A stretch of 64,000 bases of DNA, from assembly GCF_964213995.1 (NCBI RefSeq), contig NC_135804.1, forward strand, positions 26,846,001-26,910,000. The letters run 5' to 3'. This document shows, piece after piece, positions 49,158-62,749 of the stretch. The DNA comes from Mustelus asterias (taxonomy: Eukaryota). The notes below the pieces were generated by a model, which searched no databases, was not told the origin of the DNA, and saw only the letters and a program-made list of their open reading frames with translations. Within the stretch, counting starts at the first letter, position 1; each line of letters opens with the position of its first letter. The translations under genes were made by a program, and so were the position numbers.

Positions 49158-50391
49158 CCATAATAATCCCTCAGAGCTACTGGTCCCAGGCTGAAAAATG
49201 ATCTTGTTCAAGATGTCGACAACTGGAAAGGACTTCCCTGCCTCAAAGGGGCCAGAGACGGCATGGTGGCACAGTGATTTGCACTCACAGTGCCAGGGAC
49301 CTGGGTTCAATTCTGGCCTTGGGTGACTGCCTGTGTGGAGTTTGCACATTCTCCCTGTGCAGCCTTGTCTGTGACCCACAACAGTCTCTTTGGGTACAGT
49401 GCAGCCCTGTCACCCCACTTTGGTTGTGCTTGAGACAGAAGCTTTGCAGCGGTGAGAGAGATGGCAGCAGTGCAGTGTGATGTGCAGGTGAATATATGTA
49501 CCAACTTACCAGCATTTTAAAGTGCCTGTCTCGCTCGGCCTTCCTGACTCAGGCCACGTGAGACTCAGGTAGTGAAGCACATCCCTGGCTCCAGCATAGA
49601 ATTGTCAAAGGAGCAGAGCGAAGGAGGACATGCCTCCCTTTTACGGGGGGTGGGGTGACATCAGTGGGGGGGGGGGGGGGGGGGGGGGTGCAGGTCAGGT
49701 GGGTTGTTCGGGTGGCAAGGGGTCGTCGGGCCATCGTTCAGGTCAGGCGGGGGGGGAGTCAGACAACCAGGCTGCGGACTGAGGCCATGGAGCTGGGTCA
49801 GGGGAGAGTCGGTCAGGTCACGGGAGTTGTCAGGCCTGGGCACGTGTGGGACTGGGCTGAGTCAGGTCAGGGGCTCAGGTCGAGAGTGTGGGGAATACGT
49901 GCAGCTTTCCCATGTGGGTCTTTAAAATAGTTACGCTGAAGTTAGAAGGGCTTTTATTTGTTTCAGAGTAACGATGAGGATAGAACTGGAGTTCTGATGT
50001 TAGTGATTTAAATCGCTTTGTCAGATGATTCCCAGCCCAGCATAATCGTCCAGGGAAAGTTAGCCCTTGCTATGTAAACCCTTACCTGGGAACTTCTGAG
50101 AGCGATTCCCCAGCACATCTTTGGGGTTAGCCCCAAATCCGATGACGCTGGGGAGTTAGGAAGTAATGGGACGTTGTTTCTGTGATGTAGTGGCATGTTT
50201 CTATTCAGCAAACTATATAGGAACACAGGAATGTACAGGACCTGAGAAGGCTATTTCAGTCCATCTGGCCAGCACCAGAATTCAAAACTAGAAAGCACTA
50301 TTCACTAATGAAATTACTGAAATTGATTTTCTCCACAATTCCCTTTTACAGTTTCTGATGTTACAAGCCTCCAGATAAGGATTTGTCTTAA

Positions 50392-50712
50392 CATAGAATC
50401 CTACAATGCAGAAGGAGGCCATTCGGCCCATCGAGTCTGCACCGACCACAATCCCACCCAGGCCCTATCCCCATAACCCCATGCATTTACCCTAGCTAGT
50501 CCCCCTGACACTAAGGGGCAATTTAGCCTGGCCAACCCACCAAACCCGTACATCTTTTGACTGTGGGAGGAAACCGGGGCACCCGGAGGAAACCCACGCA
50601 GACACGGGGAGAATGTGCAAACTCCACACAGGCAGTGACCCAAGCCGGGAATTGAACCCGGGTTCACGGCGCTGTGAGGCAGCAGTGCTAACCACTGTGC
50701 CATCATGCTGCC
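50392..50712 (-). mobile_element. HE1-type SINE, tail A
   Basis: Head, V-domain and tail A. Confidence 0.87.
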
Positions 50713-50924
50713 CTTCATCAGGCAGCAATGTCTTCTCATCTTCAGAAGGTTCTGCCAATAACATTGGATATTAGTCAGAACAATGCAAGTAGCAATTAGC
50801 AGTCATGTTGGCTGTATCCCATGGGGACTAGGCCAGAACAATGGAAGCACCCAGGAGTATCACTTTACCATCAGCAATTGTCTAGGTCATCCTGCTATTA
50901 TTGTAATATTAAGGCCACATGTCA

Positions 50925-51305
50925 GGTTGTCCTAGGCCCAGCCATCTTCAGCATCTTCATCGATGAGCTTCCTTCCATCATAAGATCAGAAGTGGGGATG
51001 TTCGCTGGTGGTTGCACAATGTTCAGCACCATTTGTGACTCCTCAGATATTGAAGCAGTCCATGTACAAATGCAAAATAACCTGGACAATATCCAGGCTT
51101 GAATTGACAAGTAACATTAGCACCGCACAAATGCCAAGCATTGACCACCTCCAACAAAAGAGATACTTAACCATTGCCCCTTGACATTCAATGGCATTAC
51201 CATTGCTGAATCCCCTATTATTAACATCCTGGGGTTACCATTGAACAGAAACTGAATTGGACTAGCCATGTAAATACTGTGGCTACAAGAGCATGTCAGA
51301 GGCTA
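50925..51305 (+). mobile_element. Old CR1/L2-group RT fragment
   Basis: VLGPAIFSIFIDELPSIIRSEVGMFA..C. Confidence 0.7.
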
Positions 51306-51492
51306 GGGGTAGAATTTTCCCATTTTTCGGCAGAGTGTTGCAGGAGGTGGGACAAACGGCACTGAAGCTGTCCCAATGGCAGCTTTCTCTGCCATATTGT
51401 TCAGCTGTTAGTCGAGAAATGTTGATGGGGTGGGTCCCATGATGTAACGCTGGTCTCCCCACTAGCAACTTAGCTTTTTAGAGATCAGGGGT

Positions 51493-54400
51493 TTGATGGC
51501 CACGGGGGATTGTCAGTAGATCTCCTGTGGGCTTTGTGGAGTACGAGCTCTCTTATTGGGCAGGTGGAGGCTTGCCCAATAGGAAGTGTTCAGCGGGGAC
51601 TTTTAAACCTGTCACTTCACCCGGATCAGCTCCATCTGTAAGTCAAGAATCTTCTGTGGTAAGGCTATCATGCCTCTTTTCAGGAAACTTGCACCCTGTG
51701 ACACCAGCGGGGAAGACTGGGCACAGTATACTGAGCACATGTGTTACCTTCTTCGTGCTAACAACATTGGAGATGAAAAACGAAAGGTGATGTTGATGAT
51801 GGCATGCAGGGTACTAACTTTCAGTATTATAAAAAGTCTGACCTATCCAGATGCCCCGACTCAAAAACTTTTAATGAGCTGGTAGACCTAGACCTAGTAA
51901 AAAACCACTATGACCTGAAGCCCTCTGTAAACCTCTAGAGATACCACTCCAACATGGCTGGGAAAACTACTGAGGAACCTGTCATTGAGTTCTTGGCTAG
52001 GTATGGGAATGGACCATAAATTGTGAATTTGGACTGCCTCTTAATGAAATGTTGCGAGACAGGTTGGTATGTGGCATAAATGACCTAAGCACCCAAAGAA
52101 GCTGTTGGCAGAACCCGATTTGGATTTAAAGAAAGCCATTGAAATATCCTTATCACTTCAGAACACAGAAAAAGGGGCTCAGGAATTACTGGGAGCATCA
52201 GACAGCAATGTCTTCCAACTAGGTGGAGGAACCTCATGTACTCAGTCCTCAATGGACAGTAATTGTGTAAACCAGGTGTCAAAGGGCCCCTGTCAATGTA
52301 GGAACCCTAATGTCACCACCTGTCAGTCAAAGAAAGGCAATGACAACCCCAAGAGTATTAGAGAACATATTCCAGAAAGGTGCAATTACCAGACAATGGA
52401 TTATTGCAAACACTGTCAAAGGACACAGCCAAGGTGAAGTTTCAGGAACAGGCAAAATGCATGCTGCCTAGTGAAAAAGCCAAGGCCAGTACCTGCCCGT
52501 ATCATAAAAGGTATCCGCACTTCCAGAGAAAGGGACACAAAAGCTGAATTGTAACATCACAACAAAAGTTCCCCCAATAATTGTAGAAATACTGGTGAAT
52601 GGCCATCCCTTGAAGATGGAGGTGGACACGGGAGCTGCAGTCTCCATTATCGGAGAACAAATGTATAAGCATCTCCAATCTGGCATCCAACTCCTGAGGT
52701 TGGATGATTCAAAGGCCGGACTAGCCACCTACATGGGGGTGGGGAGGTGGAGCCATTACAGATAAAAGGCACCACAATGGCCCCAGTAATTATAGGCAGC
52801 AATCAACTCGTCTCCCACTCATTGTTATACTGGGCCGCGAATCAAGTCTTATGGGGAGAGATTGGTTCCAGGCTGGGTGTGGGGGACTGTACAAAGTTAT
52901 TAGTAGATACCCTGGAGTTTTCCAAGAAGGCTTGGGAAAAATAAAAGGAACCAAGGCCAAGATCTAAGTTGACCCTGACGCTACACCTAGGTATTTCAGA
53001 GCAAGGCCAGTCCCATACTCTATACTTGAGAAGATGGAAACTGAATTAGGGCAACTTGAAAATCTAGATATAATAAGGCTGTGCAATTTGTAAAAGGGCT
53101 GCCTCCATAGTCCCTGTTCTGAAGCCTGACAAATCAGTTTGTCTCTTTGGAGACTATAAACCAACAGTCAATCAGGTCTCCAAACTCGATAGTTACTCCA
53201 TGTCCCAAATCAAAGATGTGTATGCTAAGTTAGCAGGTGGCAAGGCATTCTCCAAATTGGAAATGAGTCCCGCCTCGCTTCAGCACAAACTGGACGAGTC
53301 TTCTTTGAAACATGTGACAATCAACACACATAAGGGACTTTATGAGTATACCCACTTGCCTTTTGGCATCATGTCAGTGAATGCCGTTTTCCTTGGAAAA
53401 CATCCTCCAAGGGCTATCCAAGGTAGCAGTATACTTAGATGACATCTTGGTCACGGCGGCTTCAGCACAGGAATACCGACCAACTTAGAAGTCTTGCAGA
53501 GATTTTCCAGAATGAGAGTTCACTTGAAGAGGGAGAAATGTGTTTTCCAAATGGTTGAAATAACTTACTTAGGCTACCGAGCAGATGGCAAGGGGTTATA
53601 TCCAGGAGAGGATAAGGTAAAGACCATCAAGAAAGAACCAACCCCTGAAAAAAAACCACAGAGTTTAAATCCTTCTTGGGACAAGTCAATTATTATGGAA
53701 AATTTATCCCAAACTTGACATCCATGCTGGTGCCTTTGCAAGCCCTACTGCGAAAATATCAGAGATGGTCCTGGGAAACTCTGCAAGCAGAGGCTTTTTC
53801 AAAGGTTAAATGTCAGGTGTTGTCAACAAACCAATTGGCTCATTTTGACTCTAAGAAGGAACTTATATTGACTTGTGATACTTCCCCATATGAGATGGGC
53901 CGATGCTGACATATTGCTGGGAAGACAGGACAGAAAGTCCATCGCGTATGCCTCCAGAACATTTTTGGATGCAGAGTGATGGTATTCTCAGATTGAGAAA
54001 GAAGGATTGGCTGTCATATTTATTGTGAAAAAGCTCCATCAATACGAACACTCAGATCCAGCACTGGGCTCTGTTATTAGCGACCTATGAATATCTTCTG
54101 GAACACCGCCTGCAACCTGAATAGCTAATGCTGACGCACTGAGTTACCTCTCGTTGCCCACAAGCTCCTTTACCAGTATTGGAAGAGGTTGTGACGACCC
54201 TGAATTTTTTGGAGACTTTGCCAATGTCAGCAGGGCAGATTAAAGTCTGGTCCCAAAAAGATCCAACCCTATCCAAAATTAAGCACGTGATCCTGTACAT
54301 GGGATTCCAAGGACAGCCCATGTTTTTAATCATGGTGGACGCACACTCCAAGTGGCTGGAGGTGCATCACATGGGTTCCATGAGTTTCCAGGCTGCAATC

Positions 54401-55438
54401 ATGAAATTACAGCAAAGCTTCAGGATACATGGGATACCGGAAGTCCCGATTTCCAATAACAGCATGGCCTTTACTAGCGGTGATATCCAATGGTGCTTTC
54501 CAATGGTATCTAATATGTCCGAACTGCATCTTATTATCCATCGTCAAATGGACTGGCAGGACAAGCACTGCAAACCTTCAAAAACAGTATGAGGAAACAA
54601 CTGACGGTATCCATGGAGACCAAACTGGCTTGGATTTTGTTCAATTACAGGACCACACCATACACAACAACAGGCATTGCCCCAGTGGAGCAGTTAATGG
54701 GATGTTGCCTTTGTACCCGATTAAGCTTGCTATTCCCAAACTTGGCGGAGAGGGTGCAGTCCCAACAAGGAAACCAGAAAAAAAATTATGATTTTGTAAG
54801 AACAGAAAGAACTTTCTCAACAGGTGATCTGGTTCATGCGAGAATCTTCGGGGATGATCCCAGATGGATCTCTGTGATCGTTATGGAGAAAATAAGACCA
54901 GCATCGGATAAAATCAAAGACCTTGAGGAAGCACCTAGACCATCTCAGAGCGAGGGAGTGCATGCCTGAGCAGGTTCCACTACCAGCCATGGAGATAGCC
55001 ACTGCCAGTGCCAGCCCACAGCTCAAAACTGATTCCATATTAGCCCCTCTGGACAGGTAAGGGACAGACCCAGATATGGGGGCTGAAGAAGTGGGCCTTC
55101 AGGCTGAAGTAAAGCCTAAGGAGGAACCTGCTTCAGTAACCCTTCAATGCTTCATCCCGAAATGAAGGTCCCCTGTTTGGTTCATGCTGCCTCACCCAGT
55201 CCTGCTTCAATGGACCTCTGGCCAATCCCTAAACATCGCAGAGTACTTGCTTACTATGGGGGTGCTGGGAGAGACTTGGACCTAAGGGGGGAGGGATGTT
55301 ATGATGGCCACGAAAGCCATGGGGGATCCACGTTGGATCTGCCTATGGACTTTGTGAAGCACAAGCTCCTTTACTGAGCAGGTGGAGGCTTGCCCAATAG
55401 GAAGTGTTCAGCGGGGGCTTTTAAACCTATTACATCAC
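51493..55438 (+). mobile_element. Degenerate Gypsy/Ty3 LTR retrotransposon (partial 5' LTR, gag, PR, RT, RH, IN, PPT, 3' LTR from ~55297)
   Basis: gag EDWAQY..; protease VDTGAAVS (~52620); RT YLDDIL (~53432); RH TCDTSPY; IN VDAHSKWLEV; PPT AAGGGGGAGGGA then TGTT; LTR repeat 51493-51620 vs 55301-55438; many stops and frameshifts. Confidence 0.88.
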
Positions 55439-58400
55439 ACTCCAAAACAAGTATATTGTTTTTGGATAGTGTGGAGGAGGATGACTCTCCAGGGGTAAGC
55501 CACAGTGACCAGGTCACTGGCACAGAGTCAGGCTCTGTGGCCCGGAAAGGAAAGAGAGGGGTTAGGAGAGCAATAGTGGTGGGGGATGCACGGACAGGTG
55601 ATTCTGTGGGTGCGAACGGGACTCCAGGATGGTAGTCTGCCTACCTGGTGCTGGGGTAATGGATGTCACCGAGCGGATAGGAGGCATCTTAAAAGGGGAA
55701 GATAAAGAAACGGATGTCATTGTACACATTGGTGCAAATGACGTAGATAGGAAGAGCAGGGGGATCCTACGAGAGCAATTCAGGGAGTTGGGAAATAGAC
55801 TAAAAAGTAGGGCCACCAGGGTGGCCATCTCTGGGCTGCTCCCAATGCCTCGTGCCAGTGAGGCTAAGAATAGGGAGTTAGTACAATTGAATGCTTGGCT
55901 AAAGGACTGGTCCAGGAGGGAGGGCTTCACTTTCCTAGATCAATGGGAAGTTTTCAGGAGAGGATGGCACCTGTACAAGAAGGATGGGTCACAACTAAGT
56001 TGGAAGGGCACGAATATCCTGGCTGGGAGTTTTGCTAGTGCAGTTCGGGGGGTTTAAACTAGTATGGCAGGGGGGTGGGGATCAAAATATTAGGTCTACA
56101 AGTGTAGAGGCTGGGGACGAGCTTGGGGCTGGGACAAGGCTGGCAAAGAAGAAGAGCACTCTGGGGGAGGATGACCTCACTGGGCCTGGAGGTCTGGAGT
56201 GCTGATACTTCAATGCAAGGAGCATAGCAGGTAAGACAGACGAACTTAGGGCCTTAATGCTCACGAGGAATTTGGATGTGGTTGCGGTGACAGAGACTTG
56301 GTTGAAAGAGGGACAGGACTGGCAGCTGAATATGCCGGGGTACAAGTGTTTTAGGCGAGACAGAGGAGGGGCCAAAAGAGGTGGGGGAGTAGCAGTATTA
56401 GTTGGAGAGCATATTACAGCGGTGCAGAGGGAGGACAATTCAGAGGGGTCGTGTAACGAGTCACTCTGGGTGGAGCTTAGAAACAGGAAGGGTGCAGTCA
56501 CTATGTTGGGGGTATACTACAGGCCCCCCAACAGCCCAAGGGAAGTGGAAGAACGGATATGTCAGGAGATACTGGATAGGTGCAGGAAAAAAAGGGTTGT
56601 TGTAGTGGGAGACTTCAATTTCCCTGGTATAGACTGGAAATCGCTGAGAGCTGGGACTCCGAATGGGGAGGAATTTGTAAATTGCGTACAGGAGGGTTCT
56701 TTGGAACAATATGTAGATAGCCCGACTAGAGAGGGGGCTATACTGGACCTCGTACTGGGGAATGAGCCCGGTCAGGTCTTCAAAGTTTCGGTAGGGGAAC
56801 ATGTGGCAAATAGTGACCACAATTCTGTTAGCTTTAGGATAGTGATGGAAAAGGATGAGTGGTGTCCCAAGGGTAAAGTGTTGGATTGGGGGAAGGCTAA
56901 CTTTAGTGTGATTAGGCAGAAATTGGCAGCTCTTGATTGGGAGAGGCTGTTTGAGGGTAAATCCACATCTGGCATGTGGGAGTCTTTTAAGGAACAGTTG
57001 TTAGGGCTGCAGGACAGGCATGTGCCTATAAAAAAGGATAGGAAGGGTAGGATTCGAGAACCGTGGATAACCAGGGAAATTGAGGGACTGGTCAAAAAGA
57101 AAAGAGAGGCGTATATTAGGTCCAGGCAACTAAAAACGGAGGGAGCTCTGGAGGAGTACAAAGAAAGTAGGAAAGAACTCAAACAGGGAATTAGAAGGGC
57201 AAAAAGGGGTCACAAAATGTCCTTGGCAGACAGGATTAAGGAGAATCCCAAGGCATTTTATTCATACGTTAGGAACAAAAGGGTTGTCAGGGAAAAAATC
57301 GGACCTCTCAGGGACAAAAGTGGGGAATTATGCTTGGAGCCCAAAGAAGTAGGGGAGATCCTAAATGAATACTTTGCGTCGGTATTCACAAAGGAGAGGG
57401 GTGTGTTGACTGGGAGTGTCTCGGAGGGGAGTGTTGAACCGTTGGAGAAAATCTCCATTACAGGGGAGGAAGCGTTAGGTTTGTTAGAGAATATAAAGAC
57501 TGACAAATCCCCAGGGCCTGATGGAATCTATCCAAGGCTGCTCAGGGAGACGAGAGATGAAATCGCTGGGCCTCTGACGCAAATCTTTGTCTCGTCACTG
57601 GACACAGGTGAGGTCCCAGAGGATTGGAGGATAGCTAATGTGGTCCCATTATTTAAGAAGGGTAGGAAGGATAACCTGGGTAATTATAGGCCGGTGAGCT
57701 TGACGTCCGTGGTGGGGAAGTTGTTGGAGAAGATTCTTAGAGATAGGATGTATGCGCATTTAGAAAGGAATAAACTCATTAACGATAGTCAGCATGGTTT
57801 TGTGAGAGGGAGGTCATGCCTCACTAACCTGGTAGAGTTTTTTGAAGAAGTGACCAGAATGGTTGACGAGGGAAGGGCCGTGGATGTCGTCTATATGGAC
57901 TTTAGAAAAGCGTTTGACAAAGTCCCTCATGGTAGGCTGGTGAAAAAGGTTGGATCTCATGGGATAAAGGGGGAGGTGGCTAGATGGGTGGAGAACTGGC
58001 TTGGTCACAGAAGACAGAGGGTGGTAGTGGAAGGGTCTTTTTCCGGCTGGAGGCCTGTGACTAGTGGTGTTCCGCAGGGCTCTGTATTGGGACCTCTGCT
58101 GTTTGTGATTTATATAAACGATCTGGAAGAAGGTGTAACTGGGGTGATCAGTAAGTTTGCGGACGACACAAAATTGGCAGGACTTGCAGATAATGAGGAG
58201 CATTGTCAGAAGCTACAGAAGGATATAGATAGGCTGGAAATTTGGGCAAAGAAATGGCAGATGGAGTTCAATCCTGATAAATGCGAAGTGATGCATTTTG
58301 GTAGAAATACTGTAGGGAGGAGCTATACGATATTTGGCAGAACCATAAAGGGTGTAGATACGCAGAGGGACCTGGGTGTGCAAGTCCACAGATCCTTGAA

Positions 58401-59058
58401 GGTGACATCACAGGTGGAGAAGGTGGTGAAGAAGGCATATGGCATGCTTGCCTTTATAGGACGGGGCATGGAGTATAAAAGTTGGGGTCTGATGTTGCAG
58501 ATGTATAGAACGTTGGTTCGGCCGCATTTGGAATACTGCGTCCAGTTCTGGTCGCCACACTACCAGAAGGACGTGGAGGCTTTGGAGAGAGTACAGAGGA
58601 GGTTTACCAGGATGTTGCCTGGTATGGAGGGGCTTAGTTATGAGGAGAGATTGGGTAAACTGGGGTTGTTCTCCCTGGAAAGACGGAGGATGCGGGGAGA
58701 CTTAATAGAGGTGTATAAAACTATGAAAGGCATAGATAGGGTGAACGGTGGGAAGCTTTTCCCCAGGTCAGTGGTGACGTTCACGAGGGGTCATAGGTTC
58801 AAGGTGAAGGGGGGGATGTTTAACACAGATATCAGAAGGACATATTTTACACAGAGGGTCGTGGGGGCCTGGAATGCGCTGCCAGGCAAGGTGGTGGAGG
58901 CGGACACACTGGGAACGTTTAAGACTTATCTAGATAGCCATATGAACGGAGTGGGAATGGAGGGATACAAAAGAATGGTCTAGTTTGGACCAGGGAGCGG
59001 CACGGGCTTGGAGGGCCGAAGGGCCTGTTCCTGTGCTGTATTATTCTTTGTTCTTTGT
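55439..59058 (+). mobile_element. CR1 LINE with partial ORF1 and near-complete ORF2, inserted in the Gypsy 3' LTR
   Basis: ORF1 esterase motifs (VIVHIGANDV), ORF2 APE+RT, (TTCTTTG)n tail, ATCAC duplication at 55434-55438 / 59059-59063. Confidence 0.93.
56257..58983 (+). CDS. CR1 ORF2 (908 aa open part); in-frame TGA at 56203 just before the YFNARS motif suggests an inactivated copy
   Basis: APE and RT motifs; upstream frame reads ...LEC*YFNARS. Confidence 0.8.
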   Translation: MLTRNLDVVAVTETWLKEGQDWQLNMPGYKCFRRDRGGAKRGGGVAVLVGEHITAVQREDNSEGSCNESLWVELRNRKGAVTMLGVYYRPPNSPREVEERICQEILDRCRKKRVVVVGDFNFPGIDWKSLRAGTPNGEEFVNCVQEGSLEQYVDSPTREGAILDLVLGNEPGQVFKVSVGEHVANSDHNSVSFRIVMEKDEWCPKGKVLDWGKANFSVIRQKLAALDWERLFEGKSTSGMWESFKEQLLGLQDRHVPIKKDRKGRIREPWITREIEGLVKKKREAYIRSRQLKTEGALEEYKESRKELKQGIRRAKRGHKMSLADRIKENPKAFYSYVRNKRVVREKIGPLRDKSGELCLEPKEVGEILNEYFASVFTKERGVLTGSVSEGSVEPLEKISITGEEALGLLENIKTDKSPGPDGIYPRLLRETRDEIAGPLTQIFVSSLDTGEVPEDWRIANVVPLFKKGRKDNLGNYRPVSLTSVVGKLLEKILRDRMYAHLERNKLINDSQHGFVRGRSCLTNLVEFFEEVTRMVDEGRAVDVVYMDFRKAFDKVPHGRLVKKVGSHGIKGEVARWVENWLGHRRQRVVVEGSFSGWRPVTSGVPQGSVLGPLLFVIYINDLEEGVTGVISKFADDTKLAGLADNEEHCQKLQKDIDRLEIWAKKWQMEFNPDKCEVMHFGRNTVGRSYTIFGRTIKGVDTQRDLGVQVHRSLKVTSQVEKVVKKAYGMLAFIGRGMEYKSWGLMLQMYRTLVRPHLEYCVQFWSPHYQKDVEALERVQRRFTRMLPGMEGLSYEERLGKLGLFSLERRRMRGDLIEVYKTMKGIDRVNGGKLFPRSVVTFTRGHRFKVKGGMFNTDIRRTYFTQRVVGAWNALPGKVVEADTLGTFKTYLDSHMNGVGMEGYKRMV

Positions 59059-59150
59059 ATCACCCAGACTGGGTTATAGCTCTCGAGCACTACCTAGCTG
59101 TGAGCCGTCATAATTCACACACCAACGTGAATGGATAATGTAACGGGGGA

Positions 59151-61548
59151 GAACATAGAACATAGAACATAGAACATAGAACATTACAGCGCAGAACAGG
59201 CCCTTCGGCCCACGATGTTGCACCGACCAGTTAAAAAAAAAACTGTGACCCTCCAACCTAAACCAATTTCTTTTCGTCCATGAACCTATCTACGGATCTC
59301 TTAAACGCCCCCAAACTAGGCGCATTTACTACTGATGCTGGCAGGGCATTCCAATCCCTCACCACCCTCTGGGTAAAGAACCTACCCCTGACATCGGTTC
59401 TATAACTACCCCCCCTCAATTTAAAGCCATGCCCCCTCGTGCTGGATTTCTCCATCAGAGGAAAAAGGCTATCACTATCCACCCTATCTAAACCTCTAAT
59501 CATCTTATATGTTTCAATAAGATCCCCTCTTAGCCGCCGCCTTTCCAGCGAAAACAATCCCAAATCCCTCAGCCTCTCCTCATAGGATCTCCCCTCCATA
59601 CCAGGCAACATCCTGGTAAACCTCCTCTGCACCCTCTCCAAAGCCTCCACATCCTTCCTGTAATGTGGGGACCAGAACTGCACACAGTACTCCAAGTGCG
59701 GCCGCACCAGAGTTGTGTACAGTTGCAACATAACGCTACGACTCCTAAATTCAATCCCCCTACCAATAAACGCCAAGACACCATATGCCTTCTTAACAAC
59801 CTTATCTACTTGATTCCCAACTTTCAGGGATCTATGCACACATACACCTAGATCCCTCTGCTCCTCCACACTATTCAAAGTCCTCCCGTTAGCCCTATAC
59901 TCAACACATCTGTTATTCCTACCAAAGTGAATTACCTCACACTTCTCCGCATTAAACTCCATCCGCCACCTCTCGGCCCAACTTTGCAACCTGTCTAAGT
60001 CTTCCTGCAAACTACGACACCCTTCCTCACTGTCTACCACACCACCGACTTTGGTGTCATCAGCAAATTTGCTAATCCACCCAACTATACCCTCATCCAG
60101 ATCATTAATAAATATTACAAACAGCAGTGGCCCCAAAACAGATCCCTGAGGTACACCACTTGTAACCGCACTCCATGATGAATATTTACTATCAACCACC
60201 ACCCTCTGTTTCCTATCCGCTAGCCAATTCCTGATCCAATTTCCTAGATCACCCCCAATCCCATACATCTGCATTTTCTGCAGAAGCCTACCATGGTGAA
60301 CCTTATCAAACGCCTTACTAAAATCCATATATACCACGTCCACTGCCTTGCCCCCATCCACCTCCTTGGTCACTTTCTCAAAAAACTCAATAAGGTTAGT
60401 AAGGCACGACCTACCTGCCACAAAACCATGCTGACTATCACCTATCAATTCATTACTCTCCAAATAACTATAAATCCTATCCCTTATAATTTTTTCCAAC
60501 ATCTTGCCGACAACAGAAGTGAGACTCACCGGTCTATAATTCCCGGGGAAGTCTCTGTTCCCCTTCTTAAACAATGGGACAACATTCGCTAACCTCCAAT
60601 CTTCTGGTACTATACCAGAGGCCAACGACGACCTGAAGATCAGAGCCAGAGGCTCTGCAATCACTTCTCTTGCCTCCCAGAGAATCCTTGGATAAATCCC
60701 ATCCGGACCAGGGGATTTATCTATTTTCAGACCCTCCAGAATATCCTGCACATCCTCCTTATCAACTGTAATACTGTCTATTCTACTCCCTTGCAACCCA
60801 GTGTCCTCCTCAGCTATATTCATGTCCCCTTGCGTGAACACCGAAGAGAAATATTGGTTCAATGCTTCACCAATCTCCTCCGGTTCCACACATAACTTCC
60901 CTCTGCCATCTATAACTGGCCCTAAACTTGCCCTAACCAACCTTCTGTTCTTGACATACCTATAGAACGCCTTAGGATTCTCTTTAACCCTATCCGCCAA
61001 AGTCTTCTCATGTCCCCTTTTAGCCCTTCTAAGCTCGCTCTTCAACTCCCTCTTAGCCAATCTAAAGCTTTCTAGTGCACTACCCGAGTGCTCACGTCTC
61101 ATCCGAACATAAGCCTCCTTTTTCTTTTTAACCAACAAAGAAACTTTTTTGGTGCACCACGGTTCCCTAGCCCTACCAATTCCTCCTTGCCTGACAGGGA
61201 CATACCTATCACAGACTCGCAGTAGCTGCTCCTTGAAAAAACTCCACATGTCGGACGTTCCCAGTCCCTGTAATCTCCTAGTCCAACCTATGTTTCCTAA
61301 TTCTCTCCTAATAGCCTCATAATTACCCTTCCCCCAGCTAAAACCACTGGCCCGAGGTTCATGCCTATCCCTTTCCATCACTAAGGTGAACGTAACCGAA
61401 TTGTGGTCACTATCACCAAAATGCACACCAACTTCCAAGTCTAGCACCTGGTCTGGCTCATTTCCCAGCACCAGATCCAATATAGCCTCACCTCTAGTTG
61501 GCCTGTCTACATACTGAGTCAAAAAACCTTCCTGCACGCTTTGAACAA
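59151..61548 (-). mobile_element. CR1 LINE, 5'-truncated, ORF2 open over 59258-61537
   Basis: SDH, RT motifs FADD; (TTCTATG)n tail at 59151-59182. Confidence 0.93.
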
Positions 61549-62019
61549 AGAGATTATCAAGTGTAGAGGCCTGATAATCAGATGCTAATTTATTCTAATT
61601 GGGATTCCCATTACATCACTGATGGGGTGGGGGCATCAGCACTAAATGTTGGCCAATCCAGCGAAGCCCACAGCCCATAAATTATTTTTTTTAAGAAGCA
61701 GTTAAATCATTAAGATGGCTATTTTGTCAAGCCTAGAGGTTTGGTGAGAAGGAAAGCTTGTTTCAATTTACATTCTAGGCATCGTGATTTGATCCACGTA
61801 AAAGGGAATACAAAGATCTGAAGACAGCCTTCTTGAGTCAGAGCTCATGGGACTGTTGAAAGTCCCAACACCTATGGAGGTCAAATTAAGTCTGCGGAAA
61901 CCAGGCTGCATAAGTCTATTGTGAAACTGTAATTGTCATTATACTATTGGTGTCTGAGTAATAAACTTGCATTTGGACAATACATCTGAGCCTGATTCAC
62001 AAAGAATTATTTAATTGAG

Positions 62020-62430
62020 TTTAAGAGATTTCCTAGCTCCCTAACCTATCCCTCCTCCGACTTATGTTATTGATACCGATATGTATCACAACCTTTGGCT
62101 GTTCACGACTGCCTTCAGAGTTCTGCAGCCACTGAGTGACATCCTTAAGCCTGGCACTAGGGAGACAACATGCCATCCTGAAATCATGTCAGTGGCCACA
62201 GAAGTAGTCGTTCCTCTAACAATAGAATCCCGGCACTGATTTTTTTTAGTCTTCCTGCTGCCTACCATGCCATGGACTTGATTCTGGTTGCACTCTGCAG
62301 AGGCACCATCACTCCCACTTGTATTCAAAATTGGACACCAGTTGAAGAGTAAGATGTACTTCTCCACTATCTGTCTGGTCCTCCTTGACTGGTAGTCGCC
62401 CTATTCCCCTCTGCCTGCATAACCGTAAAA
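62020..62430 (-). mobile_element. Degenerate CR1 ORF1 fragment
   Basis: GDSIVRG / CLPGA-like remnants similar to 55560-55750. Confidence 0.55.
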
Positions 62431-62749
62431 TGCAGTTTAATCTAAAAATTATTTTATTTTTGTTTATAGTTTGTAGATTTAATGGTTAAATTTGTCAATT
62501 TTCAAGGTGTTTTAGGGTTTAATGCGTCGGGGTACTATTTAACTGTATGTACCATTTTGTTTCTGCTAAGGTGCAGGATGTGGGTGGCAGGATGTGCGAT
62601 TTGTGTCCGTTGGCTTATCTTTGTGGTTACATTGTGATGCAAGGTAGCAAGACTGTCTTGAGATAGGAAGTGGTACAGTGGACAATTATTTACATCCTAG
62701 ATGAGAAGCAAGTTGAGACCTGGGCATTAAAAGGCTTCTAGAAAAAGAA

